Source: Takakia lepidozioides (taxonomy: Eukaryota > Plantae > Bryophyta). Taken from it: DNA of 64,000 bases. The notes under the pieces are model-generated. The model ran no database searches. It was not told the origin of the DNA and worked only from the letters and a program-made list of their open reading frames with translations. A program made the position numbers and the translations under genes. The DNA lies in NCBI GenBank assembly GCA_030704615.1, contig CM060732.1:82274001-82338000 (forward strand), read 5' to 3'. The first letter of the stretch is position 1. Each line of letters starts with the position of its first letter. Shown in pieces: positions 1 to 11,000 of this stretch.

Positions 1-213
1 TGTCACCTTGAGCCTCATTGACACCATTGTGCAATTTGCACCGGAGGGCTGTGGAATTTCCTTTCTTCACCATTGCTGATGTTGAAAGGCTCCATGAATG
101 AACAAGTGCTTTAACCTTTCTCCATCTGTCTTCACACTACCCCAAAGCCCATTTCAATTGAAAAGATTCACACTTGGAGAGTGTGAGAGCAACACACGAG
201 AGAGTGTGTGTAC

Positions 214-663
214 CTGAGTGGGCTCATAAATCTCCTTGACAAAGAAGCTCCAATAGCCCGGCATAGTTACTTTCTCAATGCGATTCCTACCGTACTTCTT
301 CAACCGTGAAATAACCTCCTCCTTTCCGAGACCTTGCGCAGGCTGGACATCCAACTTCTCACACAGGGACACCCCCGACTGCGACCACGGCGGCGGCCAT
401 ATCTGGCACTCGGACTCCATCTCTCGCTCAGGCACATTTGCATTCTTTCTTCTGAGTTTGTCAAGGGGCGGAATCATGAGGAGAAAGATGAGCAGCCCCA
501 GAACTACAACACCCGCAAAGAAATGGGGCAACTCCGATGGGCTCGTCCCAGCCAGTACACCGAAGATTCCCCCAATGACGAGAGAAAGAGAAATCAACAC
601 GCCCACCAGAGGTGAGATCCATGGGAACCAGGTAGATGAAAAGGGAGATGACGACAGTGCCAT
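214..663 (-). CDS. First coding exon of a P-type (P2-like) cation-transporting ATPase; gene continues beyond the left edge
   Basis: LDVQPAQGLGKEEVISRLKKYGRNRI...YWSFFVKEIYEP matches the Cation_ATPase_N motif (GL..EEV..RL..YG.N.L). ATG at 663; donor CAG|GTAC at 214/213. Two hydrophobic helices precede the motif. Confidence 0.7.
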
Positions 664-1287
664 AAACACAGTCACACACTCACCTTCCAAAGCACCTGCT
701 CCGTGACTCTGTCGTATTAATCTATGGGAAAATTTTCAACCCACCTGCAATCTTGCATGCTAGGGGTGCACAATCCTCTTCGTGGAGAAGTTGAAATGAT
801 ATCCAGTATTTCCTCACGGCAATGCAGCGACCCCCCGGCATTTACAAGCATAATCTTTGCAACCTAATTCTCTCAGCCATCTCTCCAGCAATCTACCCAT
901 ACTATACTCTCACCAAGCTCCCAAAGCCGGTTGGCTCGACAAACCCATCAAGAGATCTCTCTCTTGCAACAAAATGCACGTCTCTCTCGATGGAATTCTC
1001 TAACACAAAATCCCAAAGTCGTCATCTCTCTCGTGACTTTCTCAAAGCTTTCCGTTTTTCCTCCCCTGATCTCTAGTCTCGCAGAACTCGCAAAACTCAA
1101 CGTGCCAAGTGGCCTCTGTTCCTTTTCTGTATAAAAACAATACATAAAATAAATTCGTTGGTAAAATAATAGCAAGTAATTGTAGATAAAACGTAAACAA
1201 CCAGAATTACTGATGGTAAACCAGAGTGCATGCATGGCCACGCAAGTGCGATCTCGACAGTTGGGGCTGCCATGCCGCTGCTGCTTA

Positions 1288-1811
1288 GGGAATTCCAAAA
1301 AGGCCTTGATGTGAAATGCATCGCAATTCACTTGATTTGTCTTTTTTTCCGGAGCTAGCCATGTTTCTTTTGCCAGTGAATCACAGGAAGCTGCTGATCT
1401 GTCTCCGTCTCTGGCTCTCCTTTTCACGCTGAGGGTGAGGGTGGCTTCACAACTCCACAATTTCCTCAAGGGCACAAGAAAGAGGGCCAGCAAGAATAGA
1501 CGGGCATAAATATAGTTTGAATATATACATGTACATATATATTATATATTATATACAAAAATAAGTTAAAAAGTATAGATTACAATTCAATTGAATTGCC
1601 AACTAGCGATTCAATTGAATTGCGAATTGGCAATTCAATTGAAGTGCGGGTTGACAATTCAATTGAATCGTCAACTCGCAATTCAATTGAATCGTGTGCC
1701 GACAATTCAATTGAATTGCAAATTAGGGTTAGTTCAATTGAATTGCGCACTTTTAGGGGGTGATCAAGTGAATTGCGATGCATTTCACATCAAGGCCTTT
1801 TTGGAATTCCC
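1288..1811. mobile_element. MITE with 49-bp perfect TIRs and TA flanks
   Basis: GGGAATTCCAAAAAGGCCTTGATGTGAAATGCATCGCAATTCACTTGAT at 1288-1336 is the exact reverse complement of 1763-1811. TA at 1286-1287 and 1812-1813. Confidence 0.85.
1582..1746. repeat. Tandem array of palindromic CAATTCAATTGAATTG units inside the MITE
   Basis: About 7-8 copies of (c)aattcaattgaa(tt/tc/gt)g with a ~21-bp period and variable short spacers. Confidence 0.9.
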
Positions 1812-2236
1812 TAGCTGCTCATACAAAGTGCTCCAGGTCTCTCGCACTGACGCGATGGGAGAGTGCGTTGGAGGTCTGCAATCCGTGCTCTACTCGTAGT
1901 TCGAGGGGCATATATATCTGGATCTATCTTTGTTTATCTCACAAACCTTCTTCGTGTTGAACTGCATCTGTCTGGGACCTCTGTTCTGCAACCTGAAAGC
2001 TTGCACGACATTTTTGATCAAACAGTGAGTGAGTGGGTGAGTTCTCCTGTATTGATTGCTTTCGCAGCTGGAAGAATGTTATTTCAGAAAGAGAGTGAGT
2101 TCCCCTGTGTTGATTTCTTTTGCAGCTGGAAGAATGTTAGTACAGAAGTAGACGTACAGATTTATCAACACTTCCGGAAACGATGGCCATTCGAAATGGT
2201 GGAGGCATGGCGGACTTCCCTTGCTCGGAGGAGGTA

Positions 2237-2788
2237 AACATTTGAATCTTTGGTTGTCCAGATGAGCAGCATGGTGCTGGAGGGAGCACATCCCATGTAC
2301 GGATGGAGCAATTACAGACAGGATGGGAGAGATTAAAGCACATTGATGGCGGTATATGATTCCACATTGAAATAGTGGACACGTGGTACTAACACCCTTC
2401 AGGACTACGTCTTCATGGTCATGGAAGCTCAGTCCACTTTTGCAATGTGGAATCACACACCGGCATCGATGAAGCGCCATCGAAAGATCTTGTAAGATAG
2501 GTCTGCTGCATCTGAAATCACCATGTGAATCCTTGGTGGTTCAGATGAACATCATGGTGCTGGAGGAGCACCTTCCATCGCAGGAAACATGGAGGGTAGC
2601 AGCGATGAATCTGAACCCCTCATTTGAGTGAGTTTGCCGGATGAACGGCATCTATTACACCGCCGTTCCCGCCGAGATGCTATGGAATCATCTCGCATAG
2701 CGCCCTCTTTAGTCGCGATTGCTCAGCCCTAACTATTCTCCCCAACCCTACCCTTCTGCTGCTCCTTCTTCTCATTCTTAATAATATA
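2237..2788 (-). repeat. Left arm of a long inverted repeat (partner ~20100-20820); the arm resumes at ~19392-19440 beyond the Helitron
   Basis: Near-identical inverted sequence (both copies give the spurious ORF MALHRCRCVIPHCKSGLSFHDHE..). The right arm has an extra ~150 bp. Confidence 0.9.
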
Positions 2789-5070
2789 CTAGGGTAGCCT
2801 GTGCCGTTGGCCCAAGTGTCCAGTGTCATCTATCTAAGTCTAAGTGTAATCCCCTGTGTATCTAGAGACCCTCCTGTTTGGGAGATCTAGGCCTAGGGTA
2901 GCCTGCGCCATTGGCCCGTGTGTTAAGAATTGAAATCTAGTTCAAGTGCAATCCCCTATGTATCTAGAGACCCTCCTGTTTGGGAGATCTAGGCCTAGGG
3001 TAGCGCAAATCTAAGTCCAAGTGCAATCCCCTATATATATTCAAGTAGCGTCTCCTATGTCAAGGCCATGTGTGAAGAATTGAAATCTAAGCCCAAGTGC
3101 AATCAATATATGAATTAAGACGTTTTGTTTTGTTTTGTTTTGTCACGTTGAGATGTCCCCAACCGCAAGGCCCCAGGTGCTTGGTACCGTTGGAAAGCCC
3201 TTGACGAGGAGGGGTGCACGGGCTTGGTCTCACGATTTTTGGACCTATGGTGTGGGCGATACGGAATTCCAAGTACTTTTGGCGCCGGAAATTCACAAAA
3301 AATAGCAAAAATGGCTTAGATAGGCCTCAACATAGGAGATGCACATGGGAGATGTCAAAGTTGGAGGCATAGGAGATTGCGCTTGGGCTTAGATGACATT
3401 GGACACTTGGGCCAACGGCGCAGGCTATCCTATCAATACATGAAGCGAGACGTTTGTTTTGTTTTGTTTTGTAGCGTCGTTGAGATCTCCCAAACCGCGG
3501 CCCCAACGCAGGTGCTTGGTGCCGTTGGAAAGCCCTCGATGAGGAGGGGTGCACCGACTTGGTCTCATGATTTTTGGACAAGCGGTAAGGAAGATGTGGA
3601 ATTCCAAGTGCTTTGGGTCGCTGGAAATTCACAAAAAATAGCAAAAATGGCAAAGTGGGCAATCCTGGACAATGGTTGGAGCCTCGAGGGGAGAGATATC
3701 AAGGGAAAGGTCTCCGGTTCAAATCTGGTCGTAGGCTCTCTGAAAAAAAAACAAATGATTAGATAAGGGATTGCACTTGGACACTTGGGCCTGCACATGG
3801 GAGATGCACTTGGATACTTGAATAGAAGATTGCACTTGGGCTTAGATTTCAATTCTTCACACATGGGCCAACGGCATAGGCTACACTAGAGGTCACATTT
3901 GGGCCTCGACATAGGAGACCGGCCATGGATACATAAGAAATTGGGCTTAGGTTACAATTCTTCACACATGGGCCTTGACATAGGAGATGTTACTTGAATA
4001 CATAGGGGATTGCACTTGGACTTAGATTTCAATTCTTAACAGATGGGCCAATGGCGCAGGCTACCCTAGGCCTAGATCTCCCAAACATGAGGGTCTCTGA
4101 ATACATAGGGTACAGGCTATCTTAGAGGTTGCAATTAGGCCTCGACATAGGAGACATAGGAGACGCACTGGGATACATAGAAGATCTTACACTTGGACTT
4201 AGATGACACTTGACACTTGGGCCCACGGTACATGCTACCCTAGAGGTCGCATTTGGGCCTCGACATAGGAGACACACTTGGATACAAATAGGAGACGTTT
4301 GGGCCAATGACACATGCTATCCTAGATCTCCCAAACATGGCTACTCAACACCATCCATTCACCGAACACGGACACGGGGGTGCGGGAGGGCGGAGCTCCG
4401 CTCTCCCGCCGCCAACCTCAGCTAAATCCCGTAGTCATGACTAATTTTTAGGGGTATGCCATCTTCTCGGTTTTACAGTCTCATTTTCTTCAACTTTTAG
4501 CAATGCCGCTACTCTAACCCTTACTTTCTTTCTAGCTACGGCAGCCGCCATGGCGCGAGTTTCAGCTCGTCGCGTTGCTGTGCAGCTGCCTTGCTGCTCT
4601 TCTCCCCTCTACCTGCCCAACAAGATAACCTCCTTTCAAAGCTCCGCTTAAGCTATCTTTCCATAGTTTTATCATGTTGTTTTCTTATCGTCTTGTTTTC
4701 AATGGCTGTTCACAACCGGATGTCCACCCACCTGCATGTTCAAGCCGCGTCCATGGAGTTCTCACAGGGCATCGTCTCAGCTTGGCAACGCATGACTAAA
4801 CATCCCGCCCTGTTGCGGCGAGTTCAAATGATTCCACCGTGCAGCGTTTTAATGTTATTGATGCTTCCTTGTCGACACTCTCCTCTCTCTGTCAAGCAGC
4901 ACAGCACTGCGGAAGGCACCATTTCCAGCAGCTGGCCTCTCAACCAGTATGCCAAAGTGGGAGTATAAACGATGCACGTCAAGTGTTCAACAATATGACT
5001 AGGGCTCCAGACCCTGGTCTGCTACTTGAGCTGAAGAAGCCAGCCCGGCGATTTCGTCATTCTTCGCACT

Positions 5071-8000
5071 GTGTTAGGTGTACAGATTGCATATCCTCAT
5101 TCGCAGCTACACTTTCCAGGGCTGCTTTTTACCTTTATGTTTTTCTCATGGCAAGTGGTACGAGCTGGCACAGCCTGGGTTTGCAACACCCTCTCTACTT
5201 CACACACCTCTCACTCAAGCAAGGATCGTGCCAAGAAGATGATCGACATTTATCAGCAAGGTGGGAGAAAGATTGCCTTCGTGACTACGAACAAAGCTCA
5301 ACTCACTGCAACGCCCTTTAATAGCCACTTCAGGTTGTTGCTAGGTGCTACCCTCTACGTTCTCTCCTGGATATGTTGTGCACACTGTACACAACATGAG
5401 AACCATACCAAGATCGTCCTCCAGCAGCCCGCCATCATGCAAGTGCCCTGGAACGAGTGCAACCTTACTATTTCTATTCTTCTCAATGCGGAGGGTCTGG
5501 ACACCTTCGACGATGCGAGATGCGTTGACAAGAATTGGGTAGCTAACACTATACTCCCGAATGCTAGCGCTAAGAGATATGCTGCAGCCACAGATCGTAT
5601 TGGCTTTGGAGCAGCCCAATTACTGCTGTTGGCCCCCCATGACACGGTGCTCAAGCCAAGATACCCTTGCCTTTCTCGCTTCCCAAATGTGATGAGTAAG
5701 CCCAAGCATTCCAGGCCGGCAAATGTGTTTTGTTTCATACCTGCTCAAGCCCATTGCAACTTCCTCATGATGGGGAAGCCGCTCAAATGTTTCAGTGGAG
5801 GTAGCTATTCGAGGCGGAGGGATCAGTTGTACCTGTGCCTAAGCTTGGAGGTTGTTGGCGGCTGGAGTTATAGCTGCAACAATTCCAAAAGCCCTACCTT
5901 TGTAATTTGTAACTTCCAAGACCGACATCTGCCAAGACGAATCCAGAAGATGGAGTGCGGCTGGGTTGCAGCACCTGCCCGAGACAAAGATTCGATACCA
6001 GCAAACACAGACTTATCTTTTGATGATGGCGCTCAGGTATCCCCCTCAGGCCCAGCTAATGCTCTGGCTGCTCAGTTACATGTTCATACCCACTCTACCG
6101 TCAACCTTCTTCCAAGATTCAACGGTATGCGATTCCACCTGCTTGCTAAAACTCACTTTGTTCTTCCCAGAACCCGGGCCAGTGTATTTTGTTACCCCGC
6201 TCTTCATGGCCTTGATGATTATAGCATCTTAAGCAGAGTCCATGCTGCCCATGCTGCCATCATGAGAGCAGAAATTGAGTCAGATATCATGTCGGACACT
6301 GCCTTGGTCGACATGTTTGCCATATGTGGCAGCATAAATGATGCACGTCAAGTGGATGACAATATGCGCCTACAAAATGTGGCCTCATGGAATGTAATGA
6401 TCACAGGATATGCCTGCTATGGGTGTGGTAGGAAGGCTTTGGAGGTCTATGAGCAATTGATAAAGAAAGGGGTTACATTTGCCTACGGTCTCAATGCTTG
6501 GGCCAGCTTGGCAGCTCTCAAAGAGGCCCATACCGATATTAAAAATGCAGGAATTGTGCTAGGTTATGCCCAATACGGCTACGCTGCTACACTGCAAATT
6601 GCGGCAGCAGGAGCTTCTCAAGATGCTATCAAACTGGGAAAATATGTACCCCTGCCTCCACAGCAGAAGCGGCAGGCCAGGCTGAATGGCCATGTCAAAG
6701 CTGAAGTTGTTACACATGTCGTGGAAACCTATGATCAAGTGATGGTGGAAGGGATGAAGCCCAACCACATCGCATCTGTGTGCATTTGCAATGCTTGTGC
6801 AAACCTGGCAGCCCTGGTAAAACTCAAGGTTGTTCATGTTGACATCATCAAAGCTGGAGCTGTACCAAATGTCATTCTGAACACTGCCCAGGCAGCTCTG
6901 GAAAAGGGCAAAGAGGCCCATGGCGACATCGTCAGAGCTGGAATTGTACCGACTGTTATTCTAAAGTATACCCTAGTGGTCACGTATGCAAAATATGAGG
7001 AGGCACAGGGAGTGTTTGACACTACGGCTGAACGGGATGTCGTGTCTTGGAATGTGACCCTTATAGGGTATGCGCAACAGGGACGTGATATGGAGGCTTT
7101 GGAGACCTATGATCAAATGTTGGGGGAAGGGGTGAAACCTGACCACAACACGTTTATGTGCATTTACAATACGTGTGCAAGCATGGCAGCTCTGGAAAAG
7201 GGTAAAGAGGTCCATGGCGACATTTTCAGAACTAGAATTGTACCAAAGGTCACTCTGAACAGTACCCTTGTGGCCATGTATGTAAAATGTAGGTGCATTG
7301 ATGATGAAAAGGGAGTGTTCAACAGACTGGAGACTGCCCCTGCAGATATGTATGCCAAATGTGAGAGCATGAAGGATGCATGTCAAGCTACAGCTGCCAA
7401 CAGTGTCACCCCGGTGTTGCGGCAACGGGCACCACTCTTGCCTGCAGATGTGCAGCTGAACCCACCCGCACCACTCTGTGGACTGACCTGTACCTGCCCT
7501 GCAACCCTCAGAAAGGGCGAAGAGGTCCATGACGGTGTCATCCTAGCTCAAAAGACACCGAACATCAGTCTGGAGACTGCCCTGGCTGACAGGTTTGCCA
7601 AATATGGGAGTGTGCAAAGCTGGCTGCCACAGCAAAGGGTGCACGGGCTTGTTAACGATCACCCATGTATGGCTACCAACCACCATCTTCAGCTGCCAGC
7701 CTTCAGAAGCAGTGGCACTGTCAGGGGCTGTTCTCATCCACCAGCCGCTGCACCAAACCAGCCAGCCAGTCCGCCAAAGTCCTCAATCTTATGGCAGTTT
7801 CACACAATCAGCAGGCCCCTACCCACCACTTCCCTTCTACCCTCATCTAACTCACCTCCAGCTGATGTAGCTCATCAGACTGAAAATCCCGACACTCCAC
7901 CATGCAGCAAGTCAGCACACTTACTGGAACTCTATTTATCTCTCAAGCAGCGCCGCATTGTGGGTCAGCTCAACTACCAAGATAGCGATGAGCTTGTGGT

Positions 8001-11000
8001 ACTGTGGAACTATGCCAAGGCTGCAGATAAGTGGGCAGCTCCTGCAGGTGGTGCTGTAGTTGTTCCAAATGTCACTCTACACACTGCCCTGGCAGATCTG
8101 GGAAAGGGCAAAGTGGTCCATGGCGACATCTTCAGAGCTGGAATTGTACCAACTGTCACTCTGAACAATACCATGGTGGACATGTACACAAAATGTGGGT
8201 GCATCGAGGATGCAAAGGGAGTGTTTGACACTATGGCTGAACGAGATATGATGTCATGGAACGCGATGCTTGCAGGTTCTGTTGTAGCTGTACCTAATGT
8301 CATTCTGCACACTGCCCTGGCACATCTGGAAAAGGGCAAAGAGGCCCAAGGCGACATCTCCAGAGCTGAAACTGTACCAACTATCATCCTGAACAATATC
8401 CTGGTGGACATGTATGCAAAATGTTTTGATGTATCTGTACCAAATGCCATTCTGCACACTGCCCCGGCAGATCTGGATAAGGGCAACGAGGTCCATGGCG
8501 ACATCTTCAGAGCTGGAATTGTACCAGCTGTCACTTTGAACAATACCCTGGTGGACATGTATGCAAAATATGGGCGCATCGAGGATGCAAAGGAAGTGTT
8601 TGACACTATGGTTGAACGAGACTTGGTGGTGTGGAATGCGCTGCCTGCAGGCATTGCTGTAGTTGTACCAAATGTCACTGTGCACATTGCATTGGCAGAT
8701 CTGGAAAAGGGCAAAGAGGTCCATGGCGACATCTTCAAAGCTGGAATTGTACCAACTGTCATTCTGAACAATGCCCTGGTGGACATGTCTGCAAAATGTG
8801 AGTGCATCGAGGATGCAAAGGGCGTGTTTGACACCCTGGCTGAACGAGATGGGGGGTCGTGGAATGCGATGCTTGTAGGTTTTGCATGGCAGGGACGTGG
8901 TATGGAGGCTTTGCCCAGCACCGCTCCTACCTACCCCACCACCTTGGCGTCCTCCCATAAACAGCAAATGAATTTCCCGCTACCCCAGCGTCCTCTGACT
9001 TACAGGGAACCCTCTCACCTCATATCATCTTCGTGGTCGCTCCCTTCTTTCTTTCTGGTCAACTGTCCTCTGAATCCATATCCAATGAGTTCCCTCCATG
9101 ATTTGCAGTTGTTGTGCTATGGACTACTCACTAATCACATGTGGCGTTCCAACCTCCTGCAGGCACAATTGCATAGAATGAGCATTCCTGAGTATTTAAC
9201 TCGAGGAAAGTACAACTCTCAAGCAGGCTATTTTCCAAGCGTGGACCACTCAGCACTCTTGGTCTCCTCTCCCCAAGCTACTTGGGTACACTGGCTCTCT
9301 CGATTCCAAACAATTTTACACACTTGTTACTATCCCCACACAATTGTACACAATGATTTTTACTCCATGCTCCTACTCAATTCTCATAAATGTTATTTCT
9401 CAAATGACTGCCACTCAATACACTACCACTCGCTTTTTGATATTCGGAGCTACTGGCTACCTCAGGAAAATGCTACCTCAGAAAAATGCTACCTTTGGAA
9501 AATGCTACCTTTGGAAAATGCTACCTTTGGAAATTGCTACCTTGGGAAAATGCTACCTTTGGGGAAAGATTACCTTCGGAAAATGTTACCTCGGGAAAAT
9601 GCTACCTCACTCTATTGCTATCCATACTATTTCCAAACAATTCTACACCATGATCTTTACCCCCTGTTCTCACTCAAAACAATTCTACACCATGATCTTT
9701 ACCCCCTGTTCTCACTCAAAACAATTCTACACCATGATCTTCACTCTCTGTTCTCATTCAAAACAATTCGACACCGTGATCTTCACTCTCTGTTCTCATA
9801 CAATGACATTTACAAAATCCATTACCATCACTATGGTACTCATCTCCTTTCGGAGGCATATCATCCATCTTCTATCAATTATATCCTATCACAAATCCCA
9901 CGGTACCAGAGACTCTCTGTATGTGAAACAATTGGCTCTTACAAAAACCTTCATTACTACTTTCATCCGTGTCCCCCCAAACATACCACCCCCCTTCACA
10001 TCCCCTTTACCCATAACCGCCACCTCACCCAATTACAGGACTTTTCATCCGTGCCACTGCCCGAACTCATTCATCCATGGATGTCGTCCACTTATCCTCT
10101 TTCCCCCACTCTAGTTAATTATATACTCTCTACCCACCATACACCCATATTCAATTTTTATCCCCATCATGAGAGCTCATGTACAACAAACCTCCTTCAT
10201 GATCCCCAGACAAACCCACACACTAATCCACACGCAATACCTTCCCCCCCACACACAAATGCAACTAGCTCCACTAGTACCCACTATGCTAATACCAACT
10301 CTACCCCCCTCATACACTTTCTCCACAACTACCCCCCACGCACCCCCACCCCTCACCCCCTCAAAATCCAACTTATAACCCACTACTCACATGGACGATA
10401 TCACCAGAGACCCCTTGCATCCAAACACTCCTCTCACCATCCACCATCCCACTTTAAGTCCTATCTACTTGCCTATGAAACACTTACACTACTTCATTGC
10501 GGCGACATTCACCCAAACCCAGGCCCCTATACCATCACTAGCATCATCAACAAGCTTCCAAAAGATCATAAAGACAGATATAAATTATATTTCCAAACAG
10601 ACACTGTTACACTCGTGCCTGCATATCATCACCTTAGTGATCACTTCTCTCCCTTTCTCCCTAACCCTCCTACCAATAACCGTAAACCCACGCACCCAAT
10701 TGTCACCTTTGGGATCCCTACCTGCGAACACCCATCCCTAGTCACTGCCACCCATAAACTTAGCACATACCCCCCACAACACCTACTACTCTCACTAATC
10801 GTTGTCATCTCTCCAATCCCCTCAATATGCAATGACTACTTTAGAACCCAACCAGACATACACATACGTTTGCTACTACAACAACTGCATGAGTTACCCA
10901 CACTACCTCACAGATACTTAGCACCCCCACACTACCTACACAATCTCCACGAATCCCTTGACCTACTACAAGCCAAGCCCGGAGTAGTTCACAAGATTCT

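Noticed and set aside
1582-1746. CRISPR-like palindromic repeat array
   Set aside because: Spacers are only a few bp, the context is eukaryotic, there are no cas genes, and it lies inside a MITE.
3087-3864. ORFs in the Helitron repeats (also 16930-19431)
   Set aside because: They recur only because the repeat recurs; no Rep/helicase or other motifs.
5071-8910. Stand-alone host PLS-PPR editing-factor gene
   Set aside because: Motifs are fragmentary, there is no E/DYW domain or clear transit peptide, and the region lies inside the retroelement's TSDs.
6559-8967. Long minus-strand ORFs (for example 8010-8921, 303 aa)
   Set aside because: Antisense shadows of the PPR coding frame.
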